DNA of 32,000 nt, taken from contig WSZT01000246.1 of assembly GCA_013139985.1 (NCBI GenBank), positions 1-32,000 on the forward strand, in the 5' to 3' direction. The position numbers and the translations under genes were made by a program. This DNA comes from Candidatus Methanophagales archaeon. Its GTDB lineage: Archaea > Halobacteriota > Syntropharchaeia > Alkanophagales > Methanospirareceae. This document shows positions 8,780 to 17,326 of the stretch, piece after piece. Every line of letters begins with the position of its first letter. The stretch's first letter is position 1. A model generated the notes under the pieces. The model had not been told where the DNA came from. It saw nothing but the letters and a program-made list of their open reading frames with translations, and made no database searches.

Positions 8780-8820
8780 TAAATGTGGTATCTATTCGTT
8801 ACGTTACGAGGCGTAAAAAG

Positions 8821-10125
8821 ATGGAAAAATTGGAAATGTTTTGTTATCAGTGCTCCCAGACGGCAAAAGGGACTGGGTGTACAGTAAAAGGGGTATGTGG
8901 CAAAGAGCCCACGGTAGCGCGACTGCAGGACAATCTCATATTTGCACTGAAAGGAATAAGTGCATATTTGTATCATGCGAGAGAACTCGGATATGCAGAC
9001 CCCGAGATAGATGCTTTTGTTGAGGAAGCGTTCTATACAACGTTCACGAATGTGAACTTTGATGCAGAAGAACTGGTCAAGTTTGCAGTAAAAGCAGGTG
9101 AAATGAACATAAATACGATGCGGCTCCTGAAGGAAGCACATAACAAGTCCTTCGGTGTGCCGGAACCCACCAGTGTGCAGACAGGAACAGAAAAAGGGCA
9201 TGGTATTATCGCTACGGGACACAGTATGAAAGCGCTTGAGGAATTGCTCAAACAAACAGAAGGAACAGGAATAAAAGTTTACACACACTCGGAATTACTA
9301 CCTGCTCATGGTTATCCTGAGTTGAAGAAGTATAAGCATCTGGTGGGCAACCTTGGGAAATCGTGGACCGACCAGAGCAAATTATTTGCAGAATTCCCCG
9401 GTGCTATTCTTGGAACAACAAACTGTGTGCTTATACCAACGGACGAATACCAAGACCGGATGTTTACAACAGGACCTTGTAGATTGCCCAATGTGAAACA
9501 TATAGCGGGATACGATTACACAGCGGTTATAGAGAAAGCGAAATCGTTGCCCGAACTGGAAGAAAAACCGGGAGATGTTGTGTTATCCACGGGATTCTCA
9601 AAATCGGTGATTTTATCCCTGGCAGGGAAGATTAAACAGTTGGTAGAAGAAGGGAAGATACGTCACTTCTTCCTCGTGGGGGGCTGTGATTCACCGACGA
9701 AGAAAATGGAATACTACCGTGAGTTTGTTAAGCTTCTACCAGAGGATACTATTGTGCTTACGCTTGCATGTGGCAAATTTAGATACAACGATTTGGATTT
9801 GGGCGAAATAGAAGGAATTCCAAGACTTATTGATTTCGGTCAGTGTAACGATGCGATAGATGTCATTGACGTTGGTGCCGCGCTTGCCGAGCTCTTTGGC
9901 ATAGGACTAAATGAGCTACCACTTACAATAGTCCTGAGTTGGATGGAGCAAAAAGCAGTAGCGATACTCTGGAGTCTGCTTTCGCTTGGGGTCAAAGGCA
10001 TATATCTGGGTCCTGTGCCTCCCGCGTGGGTGAATGACGATATTCTGGCGGTGTTAACAGAAAAGTATGACTTGCACCTGACAGGCAACCCGGAAGAGGA
10101 CCTTAAGCAGATGTTGACTGCATAA
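8821..10125 (+). CDS. hcp: hybrid cluster protein (short, class-III-like Hcp)
   Basis: Start moved to [28 protein letters not shown], the N-terminal Cx2Cx8Cx5C cubane motif. 434 aa with Hcp-like motifs throughout ([29 protein letters not shown]). Confidence 0.9.
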   Translation: MEKLEMFCYQCSQTAKGTGCTVKGVCGKEPTVARLQDNLIFALKGISAYLYHARELGYADPEIDAFVEEAFYTTFTNVNFDAEELVKFAVKAGEMNINTMRLLKEAHNKSFGVPEPTSVQTGTEKGHGIIATGHSMKALEELLKQTEGTGIKVYTHSELLPAHGYPELKKYKHLVGNLGKSWTDQSKLFAEFPGAILGTTNCVLIPTDEYQDRMFTTGPCRLPNVKHIAGYDYTAVIEKAKSLPELEEKPGDVVLSTGFSKSVILSLAGKIKQLVEEGKIRHFFLVGGCDSPTKKMEYYREFVKLLPEDTIVLTLACGKFRYNDLDLGEIEGIPRLIDFGQCNDAIDVIDVGAALAELFGIGLNELPLTIVLSWMEQKAVAILWSLLSLGVKGIYLGPVPPAWVNDDILAVLTEKYDLHLTGNPEEDLKQMLTA

Positions 10126-10170
10126 GTCTGCTGGTATGAATAGGGCGAAAAAGTAGGTGGAGAAGGAATT

Positions 10171-11133
10171 ATGAGAAGAGACGTATTATTTTTGGTTCTG
10201 GTGCTTTTGATCCTTCCTGTTATGGGATCTGCAGCAGCATCAGAGTGTACTGACTGCCATAGCGGTGTTACACCGAAGATCGTTGAGGACTTCCGGAGCG
10301 GTGCGATGGGCGATGACGTTGACTGCTCAGGCTGCCATGGATCTGCCCACAACTCGGCTTTCACCGTGGGTAAGGCGGAAATGCCGACACATGAGTCCTG
10401 TGCTGCCTGTCACGCGGAGCAGGATTTTCAGTTTATGGCTGGTAAGTACAGCATCGCATGGGCTACACTATTTGCGCTACCGACAACAGGAGATCAGCCA
10501 AAAGAGCTCATGGAGGGTCAGAAGGGCTGTGGAGGTTGTCACAAGATTGGAGCAAAGAACAGCACAGGCTGGGATGCGTACGAGTACGGAACGGTAAGCT
10601 GTGATAACTGCCATACAAGACACAGCTTCTCAGTACTTGAGGCAAGAAAGCCCGAAGCCTGTCTACCATGCCATCAGGGCTTCGATCATGCTCAGTGGGA
10701 GATGTACTCGACCTCAAAGCATGGTGTGATTTACCAGACAGAGGGTGATGAGTGGGATTGGAGTGCACCTCTTAGCGATGCAGGAGAAAACTACACTGCA
10801 CCCACCTGCCAGATGTGCCACATGAAAGACGGAGACCACGCAGTGCTTACCAGTTGGGGATTCCTCGGTGTCCGGGTAGAGGAGCCGGATGAGGAATGGA
10901 TGGATGATCGGGTATCAGTACTAAAGGCATACGGTGTCCTCGATGCTGACGGGAATCCAACAGCGAGGTTCGATCCCGTGGGTCCTGCGAAGCTTGCAAG
11001 GCTCACGATGGACGACTGGAACGCCACCCGAGAGGGCATGATCGAAACATGCGGTGATTGCCATTCAGAGGAATTTGCAAGGACATCGTTAGAGGAGGGT
11101 GACCATATACTGCGAGAGTGCGACAGGATATAA
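10171..11133 (+). CDS. hao: exported octahaem cytochrome c, HAO-family-like, ending at an in-frame TAA
   Basis: Signal peptide MRRDVLFLVLVLLILPVMGSAAA and eight CxxCH motifs (CTDCH, CSGCH, CAACH, CGGCH, CDNCH, CLPCH, CQMCH, CGDCH). TAA at 11131-11133. Confidence 0.8.
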   Translation: MRRDVLFLVLVLLILPVMGSAAASECTDCHSGVTPKIVEDFRSGAMGDDVDCSGCHGSAHNSAFTVGKAEMPTHESCAACHAEQDFQFMAGKYSIAWATLFALPTTGDQPKELMEGQKGCGGCHKIGAKNSTGWDAYEYGTVSCDNCHTRHSFSVLEARKPEACLPCHQGFDHAQWEMYSTSKHGVIYQTEGDEWDWSAPLSDAGENYTAPTCQMCHMKDGDHAVLTSWGFLGVRVEEPDEEWMDDRVSVLKAYGVLDADGNPTARFDPVGPAKLARLTMDDWNATREGMIETCGDCHSEEFARTSLEEGDHILRECDRI

Positions 11134-11522
11134 TACACGGACTCAATAGAAACCGTTGCTTCTCTGTATAGGGACGGTGTGCTTCAGGAGCCCGAATATA
11201 GCGATGAACTGCCATCATATCCGTATACAGATGTTCTGAGGCTCTACGATCAGGCAACACCGATCGAGGAGGATCTCTGGCTCATGTGGATGGAGTACAG
11301 GATGCGAGCTTTCCAGAGTGCGTTCCATGCAAACCCGGATCACACACAGTGGTATGGCTGGGGACCGCTTAAGGAGACTGCAGTCAGGATAACGCAGAGG
11401 ACGCACGACTACGACTAGAGGCAGAAGCGAAAGAGAATAGTGCGAGCACACCCGGATTTAGTTTGGTCTTAGGGCTTGCAGCGATTGCCACGCTGGTTGT
11501 TATTTTAAGAAGGATGGGTTAA
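11134..11522 (+). pseudogene. hao: displaced C-terminal remainder of the hao-like gene, including a PGF-CTERM anchor
   Basis: The same frame continues open directly after the TAA (YTDSIETVASLYRDGVLQEPEY...AFHANPDHTQWYGWGPL) up to the TAG at 11416. In frame 3 (open from 11373), 11418-11522 encodes EAEAKENSASTPGFSLVLGLAAIATLVVILRRMG*. Confidence 0.7.
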
Positions 11523-11538
11523 ATAGCCCCGATCTTCA

Positions 11539-11591
11539 TTTTTTATCTTGTTGTTTCAGTCGTTTTTTTTCATTCAAAACCTAACTTTTTT
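11539..11591 (+). terminator. three oligo-T tracts (T6, T8, T6)
   Basis: Archaeal-type oligo-T terminators directly after the PGF-CTERM stop. Confidence 0.5.
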
Positions 11592-11677
11592 ATGCTAAAT
11601 CATTTGTATCTATAACAAGGCATTCTAAATCAATAAATAAAACGGGAAATTGTTGAAAAGAGTAAAGAGGACTAACA

Positions 11678-12376
11678 ATGACAGAAGAATGGAAAAGCAA
11701 AAAAGAATTGTTTGATGTCTTAGATGGCAGAGTCGAGGCAGGTGATTTCCTGCCGGTCGTACTAAAAAGAGCAGAGAAAGTCGCTATTGGTGAAGGGTTG
11801 TGTGTGGTGCAAAGTTTCGAGCCGGTTCCGTTGTATTCCACGCTGGTGGACCTCGGTTTTGAGTACCAGACCGATAAGGTTTCGGATAACGAATACCGCG
11901 TGTATTTTTATCGGAGAGAAAGTAAAGAAGCAAGCATGGGTAAGACGCTACACCCCGCAGCGCTTGTCAATTACGGTAAAGCAGATAAAGCACTTGGTAA
12001 GATAGCAGCACAGTTCTGGCAGCTTACATGGAAGAAAGAGAATCCTGCCATAGACATTAAGACAAAATACCTGCTCTCGCTTGCCAACGCAGTGGGTGCC
12101 GGTCGTCTTCGTCAGGCTACTCGGGAACTGGTAAAGGCCTATTCTGCCGGTGTCACGGTTGCCGAACTGGACGAACTTTTTACGTTGTTCGCCTGGAATC
12201 AGGGTTTTGGTACTTTCGCATCGGAGATAAGCCCTTCTGCGTTATTTGCTGCTTATTTATGGATAAAGGAACAGGAAAAGAAGGGGAAATCACGGGGTGA
12301 TGTGATGAAAGAACTGTTGGATAAGTTCGGAGAGAAGAACCCAGAGGTCGGGGTGTTTTACGAGAGTAAAATGTAA
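11678..12376 (+). CDS. DUF2249-like domain fused to a carboxymuconolactone-decarboxylase (CMD/AhpD-like) domain
   Basis: N-domain GEGLCVVQSFEPVPLYSTLVDLGFEYQTDK..EYRVYFYR. C-domain IDIKTKYLLSLANAVGAGRLRQATRELVKAYSAGVTVAELDELF follows the CMD pattern but has no CxxC. Confidence 0.65.
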   Translation: MTEEWKSKKELFDVLDGRVEAGDFLPVVLKRAEKVAIGEGLCVVQSFEPVPLYSTLVDLGFEYQTDKVSDNEYRVYFYRRESKEASMGKTLHPAALVNYGKADKALGKIAAQFWQLTWKKENPAIDIKTKYLLSLANAVGAGRLRQATRELVKAYSAGVTVAELDELFTLFAWNQGFGTFASEISPSALFAAYLWIKEQEKKGKSRGDVMKELLDKFGEKNPEVGVFYESKM

Positions 12377-12386
12377 AGCCACGGAA

Positions 12387-12650
12387 ATGCTCATCATTGA
12401 GACGTGCCATAAGGACTTGAGCAACTGCTCGAATGGCAGTATTAATCTCTTAGACCGAGGTGTGCGGCTACTTGTGGGTGGCAAGCTCGGGCGGCACCCT
12501 CGGCTTGCACAGGTAATAGGCGAATTTGATGAGTTGGATGTGGGTATTCACAGGATTGGTCAAATCGTAGAGGCGTATATCGAGTATGCCAATTCCGGTG
12601 AACGTTTTGCGGATTTCTGGATACGTACGTTACTTATAACAGGGAGCTAA
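12387..12650 (+). pseudogene. possible C-terminal fragment of a small sulfite/nitrite-reductase-like protein
   Basis: LLVGGKLGRHPRLA...ERFADFWIR resembles the tail of assimilatory-type or group-III sulfite-reductase-like proteins. There is no N-terminal catalytic part. A weak call from memory. Confidence 0.3.
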
Positions 12651-12695
12651 GATGGACCTGATAGTGATATACAGCGACGAGTTCGGAGAACGAGT
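12600..12695 (+). repeat. 96-bp direct repeat, copy 2 (partner at 7832-7927)
   Basis: See copy 1. The spacing between copies is 4768 bp. Confidence 0.9.
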
Positions 12696-13231
12696 TCCCT
12701 GACGCGGACATGGCCATTGTATCGGAGATACACAATGACCTTCTGCTTGAACTTCCAACTATTTTGAAGGATTCCGGGATTAAAGCGATGATTGTGCCAC
12801 AAGAAAGTGCTGCCATGATAGCAAGACCGCAGGTTGAAGAGATATGCGATAGAGAAAGGATAGAGGTAGTTTTTCCCAAGCCGTTTTGTGATTTGCATTT
12901 AGAGCCGCAGGATGACAAGCCCCTGGTTCAAAGATTTATCGCCGAGTTCGGGATTGGAAGACCCGAAGAGAGAGTAGAAGTGGATAGAAGAGGGCGTATG
13001 GCTCATGTGGCGGTGTTGAGAAGCGCACCTTGTGGGAGTACATGGTTCGTGGCAAAGCAGTTAGAAGGCATAGAAGTTGAAGATAAACGGGAACTCCACG
13101 ACCGAATCAGTGAATCTCATCATTCCTATCCTTGTACCGCGAGCAGGGAGAAAGATAGAGAGCTTGGCGATACGATTCTGCACAGGGCAGGATATATTAT
13201 CAGAGCGGCGGTGGAAGCAGTGTTGCTTTAA
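12652..13231 (+). pseudogene. DUF166 gene with an internal out-of-frame deletion (intact C-terminal ORF 12710-13231)
   Basis: MDLIVIYSDEFGERV (frame 1) stops at 12700. Frame 2 then reads FPDADMAIVSEIHNDLLLELP...VLRSAPCGSTWFVA...ESHHSYPCTAS...GDTILHRAGY, a DUF166-like C-terminal two-thirds. About 50 codons, including the Cys cluster, are missing. Confidence 0.6.
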
Positions 13232-13239
13232 TTTGCTAG

Positions 13240-13572
13240 TTCGGGTGTCTGGCCGATTTTGTCCTCGGATTAATTGCCGGGCTAAAAGAGGACATAAGGC
13301 GTGTAATCGAGCCTATGCGCTGGTTGTTGATGAGTGTGCCACCTGTTGTTCTGGAGGTTGTGTGCATGATCTGGTTTGGTATGGGAAGCGCGCAGACCAT
13401 CTTTGCCACATCGCTTTTGATCCTCCCGATTATGTGCCTCAATATGATCACGGGCATAGAGTCTGTGGACTCGCAGATTCTAGAGATGGAAGGTGGAGCA
13501 GAAAAGTTTTATAAATATTACAACTATATACGTAATGTAAGGTGCATAATAAATAAAAAGGAGGCGAGATGA
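13240..13572 (+). pseudogene. fragment of an ABC transporter permease (SsuC/TauC-like)
   Basis: VIEPMRWLLMSVPPVVLEVVCMIWFGMGSAQTIFATSLLILPIMCLNMITGIESVDSQILEME matches the core of the BPD-type permease domain. Only about 100 codons remain, truncated at both ends. Confidence 0.55.
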
Positions 13573-13575
13573 GAA

Positions 13576-14024
13576 ATGGTTTGGCGAAGAAGATATATAT
13601 GGGACTCCTTTGAAGAGCTAAGAAGAATGGAAGAATTGGTAGACCGAGCGTTTGGTGAGACCGGACCTGACTATTTTGGTCGGCGAGCACTGCCTGGAGC
13701 TACTGGAGAAGAACTCGCAGAGACCGCAGCACCCTATGTAGATATAAAGGAGAAAGAAGGCAAGATTATTGTAGCCGCCGATATACCTGGCGTTGAAAAG
13801 GGCGACATCTCTATAAATATCAGGGGTGATACGCTCGAAATAAGTGCGGAGAAGAAAGAGGAAAAGGAAGAAGAGGAAGAAGTTATAAAAAGTTCTACCG
13901 GTCTATACCGCTGCCCACGGAGGTGGACAAGGATAATGTGGATGCAACTTTCGAGAATGGCGTACTCCAGATAGAGATGCCGAAGCTAGCAATAGAAGAA
14001 GTGAAGAAGATCGAGCTAAAATAA
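13576..14024 (+). pseudogene. hsp20: Hsp20/alpha-crystallin small heat-shock protein, frameshifted
   Basis: Frame 1 reads ...PYVDIKEKEGKIIVAADIPGVEKGDISINIRGDTLEISAEKKEEKEEEEE. Frame 3 then reads SYKKFYRSIPLPTEVDKDNVDATFENGVLQIEMPKLAIEEVKKIELK*. The shift lies in the GA-rich tract at about 13850-13885. Confidence 0.75.
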
Positions 14025-14096
14025 ATATCCGTGCAAAAAAGATTCTTTATTATTTTATTTTTGTGCTGTGCTGTGAGGAAACGTATGAGGTAATAA

Positions 14097-14864
14097 ATGC
14101 TGCAAATAAAAGATTTGGCTGTGGAAGTAGAAGGAAAAGAAATAATACGTGATTTACACCTTAATATAGAAGAAGGGGAGGTGCACGTATTATTTGGGCC
14201 CAATGGCTGTGGAAAGACAACACTTCTGATGACCCTGCTTGGTTTTCCTAGTTATAAGGTCACAAGAGGACGCATAACGTTCAAAGGCGTTGATATAACC
14301 GAGTTCCCAACTAACGAACGTGTGAAGTTAGGTATGGGTATGTCATTTCAGCATCCACCGGAGATAAGAGGTGTAAAGCTCGGTGATATGGTGAACATAG
14401 CACAGGGAAGAAAAGAAGAGGAGATAGACGAAGATGTGATAGCCCTTGCAAAAAGGCTAAACATCTCGGTTGACTTTTTGAACAGAGATGTGAACCTTGG
14501 CTTTTCAGGCGGAGAAGTCAAAAGGTCGGAGATACTGCAACTGCTCGCACAAGCACCTGACTTCATCATGTTCGACGAACCCGACTCAGGCGTGGATGTC
14601 GAGAACATAGAGCTCATAGGCAAGATAATGAGTGAGCTTCTGGATAGGAACAAGATGCCGAGCAAAAGAGATAAGTCAGGACTTATAATTACACATAGCG
14701 GGTCCATAATGCGTCACATAAAGGCAGACCGAGCACATGTAATGCTTGAAGGCCGGATAGCTTGCTCGGGAATGCCGGACGAGATAACAAAGAACGTCAT
14801 GGAGACCGGTTTTGAAAGATGCGTGGAGTTATGTGCACGTAATAAGGAGGTAGATGCAGAATGA
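14097..14864 (+). CDS. sufC: Fe-S cluster assembly ATPase SufC
   Basis: Walker A (GPNGCGKTT), ABC signature (FSGGEVKRSEILQL), Walker B (FIMFDEPDSGVD). The stop overlaps the next start (ATGA). Confidence 0.9.
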   Translation: MLQIKDLAVEVEGKEIIRDLHLNIEEGEVHVLFGPNGCGKTTLLMTLLGFPSYKVTRGRITFKGVDITEFPTNERVKLGMGMSFQHPPEIRGVKLGDMVNIAQGRKEEEIDEDVIALAKRLNISVDFLNRDVNLGFSGGEVKRSEILQLLAQAPDFIMFDEPDSGVDVENIELIGKIMSELLDRNKMPSKRDKSGLIITHSGSIMRHIKADRAHVMLEGRIACSGMPDEITKNVMETGFERCVELCARNKEVDAE

Positions 14865-16081
14865 CGAAGAAAGAGACGATTGAGCGTGCGGAACGTGCAA
14901 AGCGGAAAAAAGCAGCTTTAGGTGAGGACATTGCGATTGGAGAATATATGACCGGGAAAGAACACCAGTCTTTAAACTCACTGGATGAATTTCCGGCTGA
15001 GTATCAGCAGGACCTGCTCGATGCTGGTATTGAACCTACAGAGAAAGACCGGTCTGGTTCGTTTTTACAGCGAGACTGTTCCGTGGTGTTTTCAACGGTT
15101 AAATATCCGGGTTTGGAGCTCATGAGCACGACAGATGCTTTAAAGGAACATGATTGGCTAAAAGAGTATCTATGGAAGGCAGTTCCAGTAGATACGGATA
15201 AATACACCGCGGAAGTCGAATTAGATCAGACACATGGGTACTTTATCAGGTCGGAAGCGGGCAAAAAGGTAACTATGCCTGTGCAGTCCTGTCTCTTCAT
15301 CAGTTCCGATAAAATCGGGCAGAAGGTGCACAACATCATAATTGCAGAAGAGGACTCGGAACTGCATATCATCACCGGTTGTTCTGTCTCCCATGCGGTC
15401 AATTCGGCACTCCATCTTGGCGTGTCTGAGTTTTTTGTGAAGAAAGGTGCAAAGATCACCTTTACCATGATACACAACTGGAGTCGTGGTATGGTGGTCC
15501 GACCGAGAAGTGCTGTGATGATTGAGGATGACGGCGCTTTTATCAGCAACTACATCTTAATGACGCCTGTTAAATCGCTCCAGATGTACCCTACCGCTTA
15601 TTGCGTGGGTAGAAACGCAAGGGCAACATTCCAGACAATTATATATGCTCATGGAGATACGAAGATTGATTCTGGGTCGAGAGCAGTGCTTCGAGGCGAA
15701 GGCAGCAGATCCGAGATCATATCGCGGGTGATTGCTACCGATAATGCGCAGGTCATCGCACGTGGTGAGGTCATTGGGGAAGGAGCAAATGCAAAGGGGC
15801 ATATCGAGTGCCGGGGCTTGATGCTTTCTGATACTGCGGAACTAGATTCGATTCCCGAGCTTAAAGCGACACGAAAAGACTTGGACCTTTCGCATGAAGC
15901 TGCGATAGGCAAGGTTGCGGAGGAGGAGATTCAATACTTGATGGCACGGGGATTGAGCGAGGAGGAGGCTACTTCGGTGATTATTCGCGGGTTCTTGAAT
16001 GTGGACATTACGGGTCTTCCGGATGCGCTTGCACGAGAAACGAAGAAGATGTTTGATATGAGTCTGGAGAAGGTGATGTAA
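14861..16081 (+). CDS. sufB: Fe-S cluster assembly scaffold, SufB/SufD family
   Basis: 406 aa with a beta-helix-type body (HIITGCSV..., RSEIISRVIA..., GHIECRGLMLSD, IPELKA...DLSHEAAIGK..EEIQYLMARGLSEEEA). Confidence 0.85.
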   Translation: MTKKETIERAERAKRKKAALGEDIAIGEYMTGKEHQSLNSLDEFPAEYQQDLLDAGIEPTEKDRSGSFLQRDCSVVFSTVKYPGLELMSTTDALKEHDWLKEYLWKAVPVDTDKYTAEVELDQTHGYFIRSEAGKKVTMPVQSCLFISSDKIGQKVHNIIIAEEDSELHIITGCSVSHAVNSALHLGVSEFFVKKGAKITFTMIHNWSRGMVVRPRSAVMIEDDGAFISNYILMTPVKSLQMYPTAYCVGRNARATFQTIIYAHGDTKIDSGSRAVLRGEGSRSEIISRVIATDNAQVIARGEVIGEGANAKGHIECRGLMLSDTAELDSIPELKATRKDLDLSHEAAIGKVAEEEIQYLMARGLSEEEATSVIIRGFLNVDITGLPDALARETKKMFDMSLEKVM

Positions 16082-16139
16082 AACCTTTCTTTAAAAAGTT
16101 TTAAAAACTTTACCAAAGAAACATCGTACTTTATATGCA

Positions 16140-16772
16140 ATGCTAAAACTTTTTGGTATCTCTGGTAGCCCAAGAATAGCCGCGACCGATTGGATAATTA
16201 AAGAAGCGTTACGGTATGCAGAAGAGAAATGGAATGCCGAGACGCGATACTTCTCCGTTCGCGGTAAGAAGCTCAACTTCTGTCTCCACTGCGACCACTG
16301 CATAAAAGAAGGAAGTTGTATTCATGACGATGGAATGAAAGAGGTATATTCTGGATTTGAATGGGCGGATGCCATTTTGATTGGAACGCCGGTTTATCAG
16401 GGGACACTCAGCGGTCAAGTAAAAGTGGCCCTCGACAGAATGAGAGCATTTGCGGCGAGCAATCCCCACGGGCTAAGGGGAAAAATAGGAGCAGCAGTTG
16501 CTGATGGCGGCGACCGTATAGGCGGTCAGGAGATTGCAATCAGGTCAATAGTTGATTTCTATCTGATAAATGAGATGGTTCCCGTAGGAGGGGGATCTTT
16601 CGGTGCAAACCTCGGTGCCACCTTCTGGTCGAAGGATAAAGGTGCAGATGGTGTTAAAGCGGATAAAGAAGGTTTGAAAAGCCTTTATAAGACGCTGTAT
16701 CGACTTGCGGAGGGTTGGGTTATGATGAATAAAAAAGGAGGAGAAAGAGAAAGTGGAAGGAAAGAGCTTTGA
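16140..16772 (+). CDS. isf: iron-sulfur flavoprotein (Isf-type NADPH-dependent FMN reductase family)
   Basis: GISGSPR flavodoxin-like start and the compact Cys motif CLHCDHCIKEGSC (Cx2Cx2Cx5C) typical of Isf. Confidence 0.75.
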   Translation: MLKLFGISGSPRIAATDWIIKEALRYAEEKWNAETRYFSVRGKKLNFCLHCDHCIKEGSCIHDDGMKEVYSGFEWADAILIGTPVYQGTLSGQVKVALDRMRAFAASNPHGLRGKIGAAVADGGDRIGGQEIAIRSIVDFYLINEMVPVGGGSFGANLGATFWSKDKGADGVKADKEGLKSLYKTLYRLAEGWVMMNKKGGERESGRKEL

Positions 16773-17322
16773 AGAGGGTGAGCATATTAGGATAGCATGG
16801 GCAATTACAGGCTCCGGGGATAAGTTAACGGAGTGCGTAACTTTTATGGAGCAACTCACAGCGAAGTACAACTTAGAGGTTCACGTCTATCTCTCGAAAG
16901 AGGGCGTGGTGGTTTTAAAGTTCTACAAGCTCTTGAAAGAAGTTAAAGATTATTTTCCAAAGCTGAGTACAGAAAAAGGACCAAATGCTCCGTTTCTATC
17001 AGGAAAAATACAGTTAGGCACATACGATTTCGTTTTGATCGCCCCTGCTACGGCGAATACGGTGGCGAAGATAGCATATGGCATCGCGGATTCGCTGATT
17101 ACAAATTCGGCTGCACAAGCGATGAAGGCGGACGTGCCTGTCTATATCTTCCCCGTGGATCAGAAAGAGGGTGAAATATTGACAACGCTTCCCAATGGTA
17201 GTGACTTGAAACTACGAATGCGGAAAGAGGATGTGGAGAACGTAGAGAAGTTACGAAGGATGCGTGGTATCTCTGTCTTGGGCAGGATTGAAGATATAGA
17301 AGAGGTGGTGAAGAAGATATAA
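16753..17322 (+). CDS. afpA: archaeoflavoprotein AfpA-like (PPC-decarboxylase-fold flavoprotein)
   Basis: IAWAITGSGDKL...FVLIAPATANTVAKIAYGIADSLITN. GTG start, overlapping the isf end by 20 nt. Confidence 0.7.
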   Translation: MEGKSFEEGEHIRIAWAITGSGDKLTECVTFMEQLTAKYNLEVHVYLSKEGVVVLKFYKLLKEVKDYFPKLSTEKGPNAPFLSGKIQLGTYDFVLIAPATANTVAKIAYGIADSLITNSAAQAMKADVPVYIFPVDQKEGEILTTLPNGSDLKLRMRKEDVENVEKLRRMRGISVLGRIEDIEEVVKKI

Positions 17323-17326
17323 CACT

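Noticed and set aside
8779-10364. Long antisense ORFs opposite hcp (8779-9288, 9033-9251, 9840-10364)
   Set aside because: These are shadow ORFs of a strongly supported gene, with odd composition. The same reasoning applies to 1224-1562, 2019-2527, 14348-14707, 15004-15912, 19880-20341, 24252-25339, 25582-25847, 27389-28314 (minus), 28721-29153, 30019-30850 and 31122-31454.
13077-13514. 145-aa plus-strand ORF spanning the DUF166 end and the permease fragment
   Set aside because: It is out of frame with both recognisable homologies and has an Arg/Cys-rich, non-protein-like composition.
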